Shown here piece after piece: positions 10,072 to 19,615 of a stretch of 64,000 nucleotides of DNA. A program made the position numbers and the translations under genes. The DNA is from Burkholderiales bacterium (GTDB lineage Bacteria > Pseudomonadota > Gammaproteobacteria > Burkholderiales > SG8-41), in assembly GCA_050250695.1 (NCBI GenBank), contig JBFWOE010000003.1, positions 4,726 to 68,725 on the forward strand, in the 5' to 3' direction. Under the pieces are notes generated by a model, which was not told where the DNA came from, made no database searches, and was given only the letters and a program-made list of their open reading frames with translations. Within the stretch, counting starts at the first letter, position 1. Every line of letters begins with the position of its first letter.

Positions 10072-11409
10072 TCAGCCCCCGCGGGCCAGCAAGGGTGCTG
10101 CGACGGTTGTCGGCCGCGTGACGCGCTCGGGAGGAAACGCGACACTGAAACAACTGCCGCGCCCCGGCTCGCTGACGACATCCAGTCGTGCGCCATGACG
10201 GTTGACCACGTGTTTGACGATGGCCAGGCCGAGACCGGTGCCCCCGGTTTCGCGCGAACGGCCGCGATCCACCCGGTAAAAACGTTCGGTCAGGCGGGGA
10301 ATGTGCTGTGGTGCGACGCCGATCCCGGTGTCGCGCACGGCGAACACCGCACCGCCGTCGCCGGTGTCCTGCCATGACAGCCGCACTTCCCCCCCGGCAG
10401 GCGTGTAACGCACGGCATTGCTGACCAGGTTGCCGAAAGCGCTGCGCAACTCGTCAGCAGCACCGTTGATCCAGGCCGGGCTTTCCAGCACCAGCAGCAC
10501 CTTGTGCTGCCCCGCCGACAGTGCCAATGCATCGTGGTACAGCGCACGCACGATGTCGGGCGCGTTGACCGGCTCTTCCCGTGCCGGATTACCCTCGGAT
10601 TCAAGACGCGACAGCGTCAGCAGATCCTCGACCAGGCCCTGCATGCGCTTGGCCTGGTCGCTCATCATCGGCACCGAGCGACGGATCAGCGCCGGATCCG
10701 GATTCTCCATGTCGGCGATGGTTTCGAGGAAACCGCCGATAACCGTCAGGGGTGTGCGCAGTTCATGCGATACATTGGCGACAAAGTCGCGGCGCATGGT
10801 TTCCACGCGTTCACGGTCGGTCACGTCGCGGCTGATGATCAGCTTGCGATTGGCCTCGTAGGGCACTATCAGCACCGACAGGATCAGCGCGCCTCCGCCT
10901 GAACCCTTCAGCGTCAGCGGATCGCCGTAACCCTCCGCATCCAGGGCTTCGACGAATTGCGGCTGGCGCACCAGGTGGGTGATCAGTTGCCCGGTATCGC
11001 GGCGCGGATCCAGCCCGAAATGCAGTTCCGCCTTGGGATTGCACCATTCGATCTGGTTCCTGCCGTCCAGTATCACCAGACCGTCGGGCATCGCCATGCC
11101 CGCCTGGCGAAAATCCTGCAGGGTTGCCGTCAGCCGCGACTCGCTGCGCCGCTGCCGCCGCAGCAGGTGATAAAACGCGCCAAACACATCGTCCCACAGT
11201 CCCGAGCTGTCGGGAACGGCCTCGGGACGCGGATCCTTCAGCCACTTCGCCAGCCGCGCCAGGTGGCTGACATGGTGCAACAGCATCAGCAGCAGCATGA
11301 ACGCCAGCACGGCATACCCCGCGACTTCGCCGGAAATCATCCGGGCCAGCCCGGCCACGCATAACACTCCCGCGATGCGGAATAAAAAACCTTTCCAGAT
11401 ATTGTTCAC
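10072..11409 (-). CDS. phoR: phosphate regulon sensor histidine kinase PhoR
   Basis: 445 aa with N-terminal TM segments and a PAS-like region. It has the H-box 'FVANVSHELRTPLTVI' and the N/G boxes 'NLVSNAVRYTP' and 'DTGIGV...GGTGLGLAIVKH'. It lies immediately downstream of phoB. Confidence 0.9.
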   Translation of the reverse strand: MNNIWKGFLFRIAGVLCVAGLARMISGEVAGYAVLAFMLLLMLLHHVSHLARLAKWLKDPRPEAVPDSSGLWDDVFGAFYHLLRRQRRSESRLTATLQDFRQAGMAMPDGLVILDGRNQIEWCNPKAELHFGLDPRRDTGQLITHLVRQPQFVEALDAEGYGDPLTLKGSGGGALILSVLIVPYEANRKLIISRDVTDRERVETMRRDFVANVSHELRTPLTVIGGFLETIADMENPDPALIRRSVPMMSDQAKRMQGLVEDLLTLSRLESEGNPAREEPVNAPDIVRALYHDALALSAGQHKVLLVLESPAWINGAADELRSAFGNLVSNAVRYTPAGGEVRLSWQDTGDGGAVFAVRDTGIGVAPQHIPRLTERFYRVDRGRSRETGGTGLGLAIVKHVVNRHGARLDVVSEPGRGSCFSVAFPPERVTRPTTVAAPLLARGG

Positions 11410-11461
11410 TGCCGCGTTCCTGTTGCCTGCTGCAGCAATTGTCGCACGGCAGCGCGAAAAT

Positions 11462-12148
11462 TCAGTTCACGGACAGCCGGTATCCGGAACTGCGCACGGT
11501 CTGGATCAGCCTGTCATGCCCGGTGGGTTCCAGGGCCTTGCGCAGGCGGCGGATATGCACATCCACCGTACGTTCCTCGACGAACACGTGGTCGCCCCAG
11601 ACCTGGTCGAGCAGCTGCACCCGCGTATAGACCCGTTCGGCATGCGTCATGAAAAAATGCAACAGCCTGAACTCGGTGGGGCCGAGTTGCAGCGGCGCAC
11701 CGTTGCCGGTGACGCGATGGCTGGCGGGGTCCAGCTGCAATCCGGCCAGACTGACAATGTCATCGGTGGCCTGCGGCGTGCGCCGCCGCAACAGCGCCTT
11801 GACGCGGGCATTGAGCTCCCGCGGCGAGAACGGCTTGGTGATGTAATCGTCGGCGCCGGTTTCCAGCCCGGCAAGCTTGTCCTGCTCCTCGGCGCGCGCC
11901 GTCAGCATGATCAGCGGCACGGTCTGCGTCCGCCTGTCGGTGCGAAGGCGGCGTGCAAATTCAATGCCGTTGATGCCCGGCAGCATCCAGTCGAGCACGA
12001 TCAGGTCCGGCAATTCGTCGCGCACCATGCGCAGCGCCTGTTCCGCAGAGTCGGCGCGCAGGGCCCGGTGTCCCGCCAGTTCCAGGTTGCATGCAACAAG
12101 CTCCTGAATGGCCGGTTCGTCTTCCACTACCAGTATCGTCGCTGACAT
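11462..12148 (-). CDS. phoB: phosphate regulon response regulator PhoB (OmpR family)
   Basis: 228 aa. 'ILVVEDEPAI', 'DLIVLDWMLPG' and 'PLIMLTAR...DDYITKPFSPREL' are receiver blocks, and the winged-helix end reads 'VWGDHVFVEERTVDVHIRRLRKAL'. Confidence 0.92.
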   Translation of the reverse strand: MSATILVVEDEPAIQELVACNLELAGHRALRADSAEQALRMVRDELPDLIVLDWMLPGINGIEFARRLRTDRRTQTVPLIMLTARAEEQDKLAGLETGADDYITKPFSPRELNARVKALLRRRTPQATDDIVSLAGLQLDPASHRVTGNGAPLQLGPTEFRLLHFFMTHAERVYTRVQLLDQVWGDHVFVEERTVDVHIRRLRKALEPTGHDRLIQTVRSSGYRLSVN

Positions 12149-12205
12149 GGATGTCCCTGATGCAGTCTATGGGGTTGTTGTGCCCGCGAATATTATGACC
12201 CTGTT

Positions 12206-12223
12206 GTTACGGCACTGTGACAG
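12206..12223 (-). promoter_or_regulatory. candidate Pho box upstream of phoB
   Basis: The minus strand reads CTGTCAC-AGTG-CCGTAAC, two 7-nt direct repeats with a 4-nt spacer (compare CTGTCAT-N4-CTGTCAT). It is followed 8 nt later by CATAAT (12192-12197) and lies 58-75 nt upstream of the phoB ATG. Confidence 0.45.
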
Positions 12224-12339
12224 CTCCGCGACGCATGATCCTAACCCTTTAACTTTTAAGGGTAATTTTGTATTTCTCCGGCCTCGGTTATGATGCGGTA
12301 CCGCGATACGCCGCAATATCACCTAACCACCTGAAACCC

Positions 12340-12717
12340 ATGGCCGGACTCAATAAAACTGTGCCGCAGCCCACTGCAATCACCCTGCACCAGGCATCAC
12401 GTCTGCTGGAGATTTCGTTTGCCGACGGCAAGACTTTCCGCCTGACGTGCGAATTTCTTCGGGTGTTTTCGCCTTCAGCGGAAGTCCGCGGCCACGGACC
12501 GGGACAGGAAGTGCTGCAAACAGGCAAACAGGATGTAACGATCACCGCAGTGGAACCCGTGGGCCAGTATGCCATCCAGCTGCGTTTCTCCGACGGCCAC
12601 GATACCGGCATTTATTCCTGGGACCTGATCTACGACTACGGCTTGAATCAGGAATCGATGTGGCAACAGTACCTGCAGCGCCTGCAGGAAGCCGGCGCCT
12701 CCCGGGAAAAACAGTAA
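12340..12717 (+). CDS. DUF971 (gamma-butyrobetaine hydroxylase N-terminal-like) domain protein
   Basis: 'LEISFADGKTFRLTCEFLRVFSPSAEVRGH' and 'YAIQLRFSDGHDTGIYSWDLIYDYG' are typical of DUF971. I took the ATG at 12340 as start. Confidence 0.75.
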   Translation: MAGLNKTVPQPTAITLHQASRLLEISFADGKTFRLTCEFLRVFSPSAEVRGHGPGQEVLQTGKQDVTITAVEPVGQYAIQLRFSDGHDTGIYSWDLIYDYGLNQESMWQQYLQRLQEAGASREKQ

Positions 12718-12819
12718 TTCATAAATGTTGATTGGTAATTTGTGGGCCGCAGCCCCGGATAACGCGACTCCCTGCTGGCAGTTTTATACCAATCATCATT
12801 TGCCAATTTCCATTCACCC

Positions 12820-13554
12820 ATGACAAAAACCACTGACTTCGGATTCCGCAAGGTCGCCGAGGAGGAAAAGGCGCGCAAGGTCGCCGAGGTATTCGATTCG
12901 GTTGCCGGCCGCTACGATCTGATGAACGACCTGATGTCGGCAGGCCTGCACCGCCTGTGGAAACGCTTCGCGGTCGAACAAAGCCTGGTGCGGCCCGGCG
13001 AACGCGTGCTCGACGTCGCCGGCGGTACCGGTGACCTGACACGGCTGTTCGCACGCCGCGTGGGGGTCGCGGGCAGTGTCATCACCACCGACATCAATGC
13101 CCAGATGCTGCGCCGAGGCCGCGACCGGCTGTTCGACGAAGGGCTGATGGTCCCGGCTGCCCGCTGCGATGCCGAAAAACTGCCGTTCGCCCACGCATCC
13201 TTCGACTGCGTCTGTGTCGCCTTCGGCTTGCGCAACATGACGCACAAGGATGCGGCGCTCGCGGAAATGACCAGGGTGCTGCGCCCCGGCGGCCGCCTGC
13301 TGGTGCTCGAGTTTTCCCGCGTCTGGCAACCACTGGCGCCACTCTACGATACCTATTCGTTCCAGGTGCTGCCGCGCCTGGGCCGGCTGGTGACCAATGA
13401 CGCCGACAGTTACCGCTATCTCGCGGAATCGATCCGCATGCATCCGGACCAGGAAACGCTGAAGCAGATGATGGAACGCGCGGGCCTGGGACGCGTCGAA
13501 TATTTCAATCTCGCCGCAGGTGTCGTCGCGCTGCATCGCGGCATTCGCTTCTGA
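12820..13554 (+). CDS. ubiE: ubiquinone/menaquinone biosynthesis C-methyltransferase UbiE
   Basis: '[43 protein letters not shown]', '[11 protein letters not shown]' and 'FGLRNMT' match UbiE. It sits in the ubiE...ubiJ-ubiB context. Confidence 0.93.
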   Translation: MTKTTDFGFRKVAEEEKARKVAEVFDSVAGRYDLMNDLMSAGLHRLWKRFAVEQSLVRPGERVLDVAGGTGDLTRLFARRVGVAGSVITTDINAQMLRRGRDRLFDEGLMVPAARCDAEKLPFAHASFDCVCVAFGLRNMTHKDAALAEMTRVLRPGGRLLVLEFSRVWQPLAPLYDTYSFQVLPRLGRLVTNDADSYRYLAESIRMHPDQETLKQMMERAGLGRVEYFNLAAGVVALHRGIRF

Positions 13555-13680
13555 GCCGGCGCCGGTGTTGACGGAATTTATTGGGTTTCACCAAGCATTT
13601 GATTTAATTGACAATTTAATAATGCTCTCAGCGTCACCCCGTCGCTATAATGCGCGGGATCGTACCTACAGGAGGTTGCC

Positions 13681-14499
13681 ATGAAAAAATTATTCACCGC
13701 CCTGATCATATTGTGCGGAATGTCGATGGTCACGATCGACGTCGAAGCGCGCCGCCTCGGTGGCGGCAGGAATCTCGGGATGCAGCGCAACGTACAGCAG
13801 GCGCCCAAGCCGCCCGCGCAACAACAGCAGGCTGCCGGCACGCCGGCGCAGCCGCAACCCGCCGCTGCCGGCAACAAATGGATGGGCCCGCTTGCCGGCC
13901 TGGCACTGGGCGCCGGCCTGATGGCGCTGTTCATGAACAACGGCATTGCCGGCGTGCTCGCCGGCTTGCTGCTGCTGGCCGCCATTGCCGGGGTCGCAAT
14001 GCTCGCGTTCCGCGCGTTGCGCGGACGCGCCGAAAACGCGCCGCTGCAATACGCCGGCAACCAGCCCGGTTCAACCTCGCCGCTTTCTGCCGGTCCTGCC
14101 GCCCACTCGCTGGCAGCCAGCGCCGGCCGCTGGCCGACGGACTTCGACGCCGCGGAATTCGTGCGCCATGCGCGCCGCAACTTCGTGCGCCTGCAGGAGG
14201 CCCACGATGCGCGCGACAGCACGGCGCTTGCCGACTTCCTGACGCCGGACATGCTCGAGGACATCCGCGCGCAGTGGCTGGCCGAAGGTGAGCACGCCGG
14301 CAGGACCGAAGTGGTGACGCTGGAATCCGAGGTGCTCGACGTGGTCAGCGAAGGCCTGCTCTACATAGTCAGCGTGCGTTTCTCGGGGCTGATCCGCGAA
14401 GATGGCGGTGCACAGCAACCGTTCGCCGAGATCTGGCACCTGGAAAAACCGCTGCGCGGCAACACAGGCTGGCTGGTGTCGGGCATCCAGCAGCTCTGA
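13681..14499 (+). CDS. Tim44-like domain membrane protein
   Basis: It has a signal/TM segment, a Q/P/A-rich linker and a glycine-rich TM segment. A C-terminal Tim44-like domain follows ('FDAAEFVRHARRNFVRLQEAHDARD...FAEIWHLEKP...GWLVSGIQQ'). AGGAGG lies 6 nt upstream of the ATG. Confidence 0.75.
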   Translation: MKKLFTALIILCGMSMVTIDVEARRLGGGRNLGMQRNVQQAPKPPAQQQQAAGTPAQPQPAAAGNKWMGPLAGLALGAGLMALFMNNGIAGVLAGLLLLAAIAGVAMLAFRALRGRAENAPLQYAGNQPGSTSPLSAGPAAHSLAASAGRWPTDFDAAEFVRHARRNFVRLQEAHDARDSTALADFLTPDMLEDIRAQWLAEGEHAGRTEVVTLESEVLDVVSEGLLYIVSVRFSGLIREDGGAQQPFAEIWHLEKPLRGNTGWLVSGIQQL

Positions 14500-14500
14500 G

Positions 14501-15073
14501 ATGTTCGACGCCCTCGCCGGCGCGCCGCTCAATCACCTGCTGCGCGCCAGCGCCTGGGCGCGTACCGAGCTGCAGGCGCATGCCGGCAAGGTCGCCTGTT
14601 TCCGCTGCGCGCCGTTCGAAACCCGTCTCGTCATCCTTGACAGCGGCGAGGTCGCACCGGCGGCGGCTGGCGCGATACCCGACCTGACGCTGACGCTGAC
14701 CCCCGGGCTGATGCTGCGCGCGGCCGCGCGTGATGACAGCGTATGGCGCGACGTCGCGATAGATGGCGATACCGCGCTCGGCAGCGTAATTCACCGGCTC
14801 TGGCGTGACCTGCGTTGGGATGCCGAGGAAGACCTGGCCAAGGTGTTCGGCGACATCACCGCGCACCGCATGGCTGAATCGGGCCGCACGCTGCAGCGCT
14901 GGGCGCAATCGGGCGGCGACAATCTTGCGCGCACCTTCGCCGAATACTGGACCGAGGAGCAGCCGCTTGTCGCAGCAAAGCAGGACTTGCTGCAGTTCAA
15001 CGCCGATGTCGACCGGCTGCGCGACGATGTCGCGCGCATTGAAAAACGCATCGCCGGCCTGATCGCCCGCTGA
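14501..15073 (+). CDS. ubiJ: ubiquinone biosynthesis accessory factor UbiJ (SCP2-like)
   Basis: The ATG is 1 nt after the upstream stop. Its position between ubiE and ubiB, its size and 'LNHLLRASAWARTELQAHAGKV' at the N-terminus fit UbiJ/YigP. Confidence 0.7.
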   Translation: MFDALAGAPLNHLLRASAWARTELQAHAGKVACFRCAPFETRLVILDSGEVAPAAAGAIPDLTLTLTPGLMLRAAARDDSVWRDVAIDGDTALGSVIHRLWRDLRWDAEEDLAKVFGDITAHRMAESGRTLQRWAQSGGDNLARTFAEYWTEEQPLVAAKQDLLQFNADVDRLRDDVARIEKRIAGLIAR

Positions 15074-15126
15074 ACAGCAGGGCCGCGCATTTTCCGCCGG
15101 TTGTTGCGGCCGGTTAGAATGCGCGG

Positions 15127-16641
15127 GTGCACATCCTCCGCCTGCTGAAAATCATCCGTGTCGCACTGCGCTTCGGACTTGACGAGTTCATGCTTGGTCA
15201 CGAACGGGTGCGCGCGCTGCGGGTTGCCGCCAGCGCGCTGCTGTTCTGGCGCGACCTCGGCAAACCGCGCGCCGTGCGCCTGCGCCTGGCGCTGGAGGCC
15301 CTGGGGCCGATATTCGTCAAGTTCGGCCAGGTGCTGTCGACGCGGCGCGACCTGATCCCGGTCGACATCGCCGACGAACTCGCCCGGCTGCAGGACCAGG
15401 TGCCGCCGTTTCCGGGAACGGATGTCGAGCGCATCCTCGCCGATGCATATGGCAGGCCTTCGACCGAAGTATTTGCGCGATTCGAGCACACGCCGATCGC
15501 CAGCGCCTCGGTGGCGCAGGTGCATATCGCGCTGCTGCGTGACGGCACCGAGGTCGCGGTCAAGGTGCTGCGCCCCGGCATCGCCGATGTCATCGCCAAG
15601 GATGTCGCTCTGCTCGATGCCGGGGCCGTCCTGCTGGAACTGCTGTGGTCCGACGGCAAGCGCCTGAAACCGCGCGAAGTGGTCGCGGAATTCGCGCGCC
15701 ACCTCGAGGATGAACTGGACCTGACGCGCGAGGCGGCCAACGCCAACCAGCTGCGGCGCAACTTCCTCGATTCGCCGCTGCTGGCGGTGCCCGAGGTGCA
15801 CTGGGAATACTGCTCCAGCCAGGTGATGGTCATGCAGCGCATGCGCGGCACCCCGGTGTCGGCAGTCAATGAACTGAGGGCGCAGGGCGTTGACATCCCG
15901 AAGCTTGCCCGTGCCGGCGTCGAGATTTTCTTCACCCAGGTGTTCCGCGACGGCTTCTTCCATGCCGACATGCACCCGGGCAACATACTGGTCACGCACG
16001 AAGGCCAGTATGTCGCGCTCGATTTCGGCATCATGGGCACGCTGACCGACGTCGACAAGCATTACCTGGCGCGCAATTTCATCGCCTTCTTCCGCCGCGA
16101 CTACCGCCGCGTCGCCGAAGTCCATGTCGAGTCGGGCTGGGCGCCGCCGGGGACACGCGTCGACGAATTCGAGACCGCCATCCGCGCGGTGTGTGAACCC
16201 ATATTCGACAAGCCGCTGAAGGAAATCTCATTCGGCAAGGTGCTGCTGCGGCTGTTCCAGACCTCGCGCCGCTTCAACATCGAAATCCAGCCGCAACTGG
16301 TGCTGCTGCAGAAAACCCTGCTCAACATCGAAGGCCTCGGCCGCGACCTCGATCCCGACCTCGACCTGTGGAGCACGGCCAAACCCTACCTGGAACGCTG
16401 GATGTCGGAGCAGATCGGCTGGCGCGGTCTTGTTCGCCGTATCGGGGAGGAACTGCCGTTCTGGAGCGAACTGCTGCCGCAACTGCCGCGGCTGGTGCAG
16501 CAGTACCTGACGCGGGAGCCCCACGCCGGACTGCGCGCCCAGGCTGAAATGCTGCTGCGCCAGCAGCGCCGCAACAGCTGGCTGCTGGCGGTCGCGGTCG
16601 TGCTGCTGGCCGCGCTGATCGTGATCCAGCTGCTGTACTAG
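15127..16641 (+). CDS. ubiB: ubiquinone biosynthesis regulatory protein kinase UbiB
   Basis: 504 aa. '[20 protein letters not shown]', '[11 protein letters not shown]', '[11 protein letters not shown]' and 'DFGIMG' match UbiB, and there are C-terminal TM helices. Confidence 0.93.
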   Translation: MHILRLLKIIRVALRFGLDEFMLGHERVRALRVAASALLFWRDLGKPRAVRLRLALEALGPIFVKFGQVLSTRRDLIPVDIADELARLQDQVPPFPGTDVERILADAYGRPSTEVFARFEHTPIASASVAQVHIALLRDGTEVAVKVLRPGIADVIAKDVALLDAGAVLLELLWSDGKRLKPREVVAEFARHLEDELDLTREAANANQLRRNFLDSPLLAVPEVHWEYCSSQVMVMQRMRGTPVSAVNELRAQGVDIPKLARAGVEIFFTQVFRDGFFHADMHPGNILVTHEGQYVALDFGIMGTLTDVDKHYLARNFIAFFRRDYRRVAEVHVESGWAPPGTRVDEFETAIRAVCEPIFDKPLKEISFGKVLLRLFQTSRRFNIEIQPQLVLLQKTLLNIEGLGRDLDPDLDLWSTAKPYLERWMSEQIGWRGLVRRIGEELPFWSELLPQLPRLVQQYLTREPHAGLRAQAEMLLRQQRRNSWLLAVAVVLLAALIVIQLLY

Positions 16642-16688
16642 GCGCTGCGGCCGGCGGCTATAATCCGCCACCTGAAGGGAGCTCCGCG

Positions 16689-18119
16689 ATGCTGCTGACT
16701 TTCGTGATTCTCTACCTGCTGGTATCGATAGCCATCGGCATCATCGCCGCGTTGCGCGTGCATACCGCCAAGGACTTCATCGAAGCCGGCCGTTCGCTCC
16801 CGTTTTACGTTGTTGCGGCCACCGTGTTCGCCACCTGGTTCGGCTCGGAAACCGTGCTCGGTGTGTCCTCGACCTTCCTCAAGGACGGCCTCGGCGGCAT
16901 CGTGTCCGACCCGTTCGGTTCCAGCCTGTGCCTGATTTTTGTCGGGATGTTCTTCGCGGCAAAACTCTACCGCATGAACCTGCTGACCATCGGCGACTTC
17001 TACCGGGTGCGCTACAACAGCGTCGCCGAGGTCCTGGTCAGCATCGCCATCGTGATTTCCTACCTGGGCTGGCTGTCGGCGCAGATCGTGGTCATCGGGC
17101 TGGTCTTCAACGTGGTCACCGGCGGCGCGGTTTCGACCGAACTTGGCATCATCATCGGCGCCGTGGTGGTTGTGATCTACACCCTGTGGGGCGGCATGTA
17201 TTCGGTGGCGTGGACCAATTTCGTGCAGATGGTCGTCATCATCTGCGGGCTTTTCTACATCGCCTGGATCGTGGCAGGCAAAGCCGGCGGCGTCGGCACC
17301 GTGGTGGCGCATGCGGCCGCAGCAGGCAAATTCGAATTCTGGCCCAGCCCCGCGCCGCGCGAGATCCTCGCCTTCATCGCCGCCGCAATCACCGTGATGC
17401 TCGGCTCGATCCCGCAGCAGGACGTGTTCCAGCGCATCAACTCATCGCGCACCGAAAAAATCGCCGTCTACGGCTCCGTTGTCGGCGGCACCTTTTATTT
17501 CTTCTTCGCTTTCGTGCCGGTATTCCTCGCCTACTCGGCTTTCCTGATCGACCCGAAAATGGTCGAATCGCTGATGACCAGGGACCACCAGCTGATCCTG
17601 CCGACGCTGATCCTGCAGGAAACCCCTCTGTTCGCACAGATCATCTTTTTCGGCGCCCTGCTCTCGGCGGTGATGAGCACGGCCAGCGGCACGCTGCTCG
17701 CGCCGTCGGTGACCTTCACCGAAAACATCCTCAAACATGTCCTGCAGAAGGATTTCAAGGACCGTGAATTCCTGCTGGCGATGCGCATCGTCGTCGCCTG
17801 TTTTGCCCTGATCGTCACCCTGTTTTCGCTGAACACCGAGGCCACGATCTACCAGATGGTGGTCGGCGCCTACAAGGTGACGCTGGTAGCCGCCTTCATA
17901 CCGCTGGTCTGCGGCCTGTACTGGAAACGTGCAACCACCCAGGGCGCACTGGCGGCCATCATCGGCGGTTTCGCGGTGTGGATCATGCTCGAGCTTCTCG
18001 CGCCCGAGGCCCTGGTGCCGCCGCAGCTTGCCGGGCTGCTCGCCAGCATCGCCGGCATGATCGCCGGTTCGCTGTTGCCGCAGCGCATCGGCGCAGCCCG
18101 GCACGCGCGGGCGCACTGA
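16689..18119 (+). CDS. sodium:solute symporter (SSS) family transporter
   Basis: 476 aa and polytopic. 'AGRSLPFYVVAATVFATWFGSETVLG' is the typical SSS N-terminal block. Confidence 0.85.
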   Translation: MLLTFVILYLLVSIAIGIIAALRVHTAKDFIEAGRSLPFYVVAATVFATWFGSETVLGVSSTFLKDGLGGIVSDPFGSSLCLIFVGMFFAAKLYRMNLLTIGDFYRVRYNSVAEVLVSIAIVISYLGWLSAQIVVIGLVFNVVTGGAVSTELGIIIGAVVVVIYTLWGGMYSVAWTNFVQMVVIICGLFYIAWIVAGKAGGVGTVVAHAAAAGKFEFWPSPAPREILAFIAAAITVMLGSIPQQDVFQRINSSRTEKIAVYGSVVGGTFYFFFAFVPVFLAYSAFLIDPKMVESLMTRDHQLILPTLILQETPLFAQIIFFGALLSAVMSTASGTLLAPSVTFTENILKHVLQKDFKDREFLLAMRIVVACFALIVTLFSLNTEATIYQMVVGAYKVTLVAAFIPLVCGLYWKRATTQGALAAIIGGFAVWIMLELLAPEALVPPQLAGLLASIAGMIAGSLLPQRIGAARHARAH

Positions 18120-18125
18120 CCCGCC

Positions 18126-18659
18126 GTGATGCGCGGAGCGCCGCTGCGCGTCGCGCTGTTTGCGCTGCTGGCGGTCAACGCGCTGGTTTATGCCGCAGCA
18201 GGCCGGCTTTCCGAGGGTTTCGACGCGCTCGCATGGTACGCCTTGCTGCTGCTCTACGAATGCGAGACGCGCTGGCCGCTGCGCATGCGCCGCGAACCCG
18301 TTGCAACCGTGGCCGGCCTGCTGCGGCTGTTTGCCGGCGCGGCCGTCGTTTACGCGGCAGTGGCATTCGTGCACGAACGCGAATGGCTGGACGCCCTGAA
18401 TGCCTGGCTGTGGATAGGCGTGGTCATCGTCCTCGAACTGGAGATCAGGCTGGCCAGCCGCGTCGCCAGGCACGCGCGGCTGGTTACGCGAGTTTCCTAT
18501 GCTCTTTACGCCGCCCTGGCCGGTGTTGCCCTCACCTGGCTGCTGCGGGGCGAATGGTTCGACGCCTGGGACGCCGCGCTGTGGATCGCGGCGTTCGCGC
18601 TGATTGAACTGGAACTGATGCCCGGGCCGCAAAACCGGCGTGACCTGCCTGGCGGCTGA
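18126..18659 (+). CDS. hypothetical integral membrane protein
   Basis: 177 aa with about 5 hydrophobic segments. It starts 6 nt after the symporter stop. I recognise no family. Confidence 0.5.
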   Translation: MMRGAPLRVALFALLAVNALVYAAAGRLSEGFDALAWYALLLLYECETRWPLRMRREPVATVAGLLRLFAGAAVVYAAVAFVHEREWLDALNAWLWIGVVIVLELEIRLASRVARHARLVTRVSYALYAALAGVALTWLLRGEWFDAWDAALWIAAFALIELELMPGPQNRRDLPGG

Positions 18660-19613
18660 TCAGCCGTAGGCCTCGCGGAAGGCGTTGATGAACTTCGGCA
18701 GGTCAGCGGTCTCCAGCCGGTTGATGCCTGCCGCAGCCTGGCGCCCGCCGCCGGTGGCAAACGCAAGGCACAGCTTGTCCGCGCCCACCGGCCTGCTGCG
18801 CGGCGCGCGCACGCTGACGGCATAAGCGCCGGCTTTGGCCACCAGCACGGCATGCGCCCGCTGCGGTGCGGACTGCGCGAGGCGGTTGCCGAAAACACCG
18901 TTGACCCGCCGGCTCCATGAGGCATCCGGCAGCATGTACAGCGCCGCAGCATCCGTCGCGAATTCCGGGACCGTGTCCTCGGCGCGCGCCAGGTCCTCGG
19001 CGCCTGCCTGCTTGAGCACCTCGAATACCGGCTCGTCGAATATGAAATGCCGCGGATCGCGGTACGGGGCCATGGTGCGATAGAGGTCTGCCGGCGGGTA
19101 ATGCAGGTCTTCCACCGTTTCGCCATAGGCGTTGTAATTGATTGCCTCGCCCAGTTCATGCAACCGCGCAAGTTCGGTGTGATCCAGCTGCAGCGGCTGC
19201 GCCGCGCGTACCGCCGACTCCACCAGGTTGTCGCCGAAGGCGGCAACCACGGCCCACAGCCGGTGTTTGCCCGAGAGGTGGCGATCCACCAGCAGGCTGG
19301 TGCATACGTCGGGGGCTGTGTCGATGTGCGCCTCGAAGGCCGGGTGCTGCGGGATGTCGCCGGCGGCATGATGGTCGAAATAACGGATGTGCGCGCCGGC
19401 CTCCAGCGCGCGCCCGACCGCCGCGGCATTGGTGCGCAGCGAAACGTCGAGCACGGTCAGCACATCGCCGGCGTGCGCATCGATGCGCGCCACCAGGCCG
19501 GTATCGCGCTTGACGCCGGTCACCAGTTCGGCATCGCAGGGCGTTTCAAGGCGCAGTTGATGCAATGCGCAGATGCCGTCGGCGTCGCCGTTGAAGATAT
19601 CGTAGAATTTCAT
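18660..19613 (-). CDS. DHH-family phosphoesterase-like protein
   Basis: 'FNGDADGICA' is a DHH motif II-like DxDG, and 'YFDHHAAG' is the DHH motif. Confidence 0.65.
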   Translation of the reverse strand: MKFYDIFNGDADGICALHQLRLETPCDAELVTGVKRDTGLVARIDAHAGDVLTVLDVSLRTNAAAVGRALEAGAHIRYFDHHAAGDIPQHPAFEAHIDTAPDVCTSLLVDRHLSGKHRLWAVVAAFGDNLVESAVRAAQPLQLDHTELARLHELGEAINYNAYGETVEDLHYPPADLYRTMAPYRDPRHFIFDEPVFEVLKQAGAEDLARAEDTVPEFATDAAALYMLPDASWSRRVNGVFGNRLAQSAPQRAHAVLVAKAGAYAVSVRAPRSRPVGADKLCLAFATGGGRQAAAGINRLETADLPKFINAFREAYG

Positions 19614-19615
19614 GG

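Noticed and set aside
13555-13680. TTGACA and TATAAT hexamers upstream of the Tim44-like gene as a promoter
   Set aside because: The two hexamers are about 32 nt apart, too far for a sigma70 promoter, and I could not find a correctly spaced pair.
14791-16125. 444-aa minus-strand ORF
   Set aside because: It is antisense to ubiJ/ubiB and is a shadow ORF.
17442-18632. 396-aa minus-strand ORF
   Set aside because: It is antisense to the SSS transporter and the downstream membrane protein, and it is Arg/Gly/Gln-rich with no motifs.
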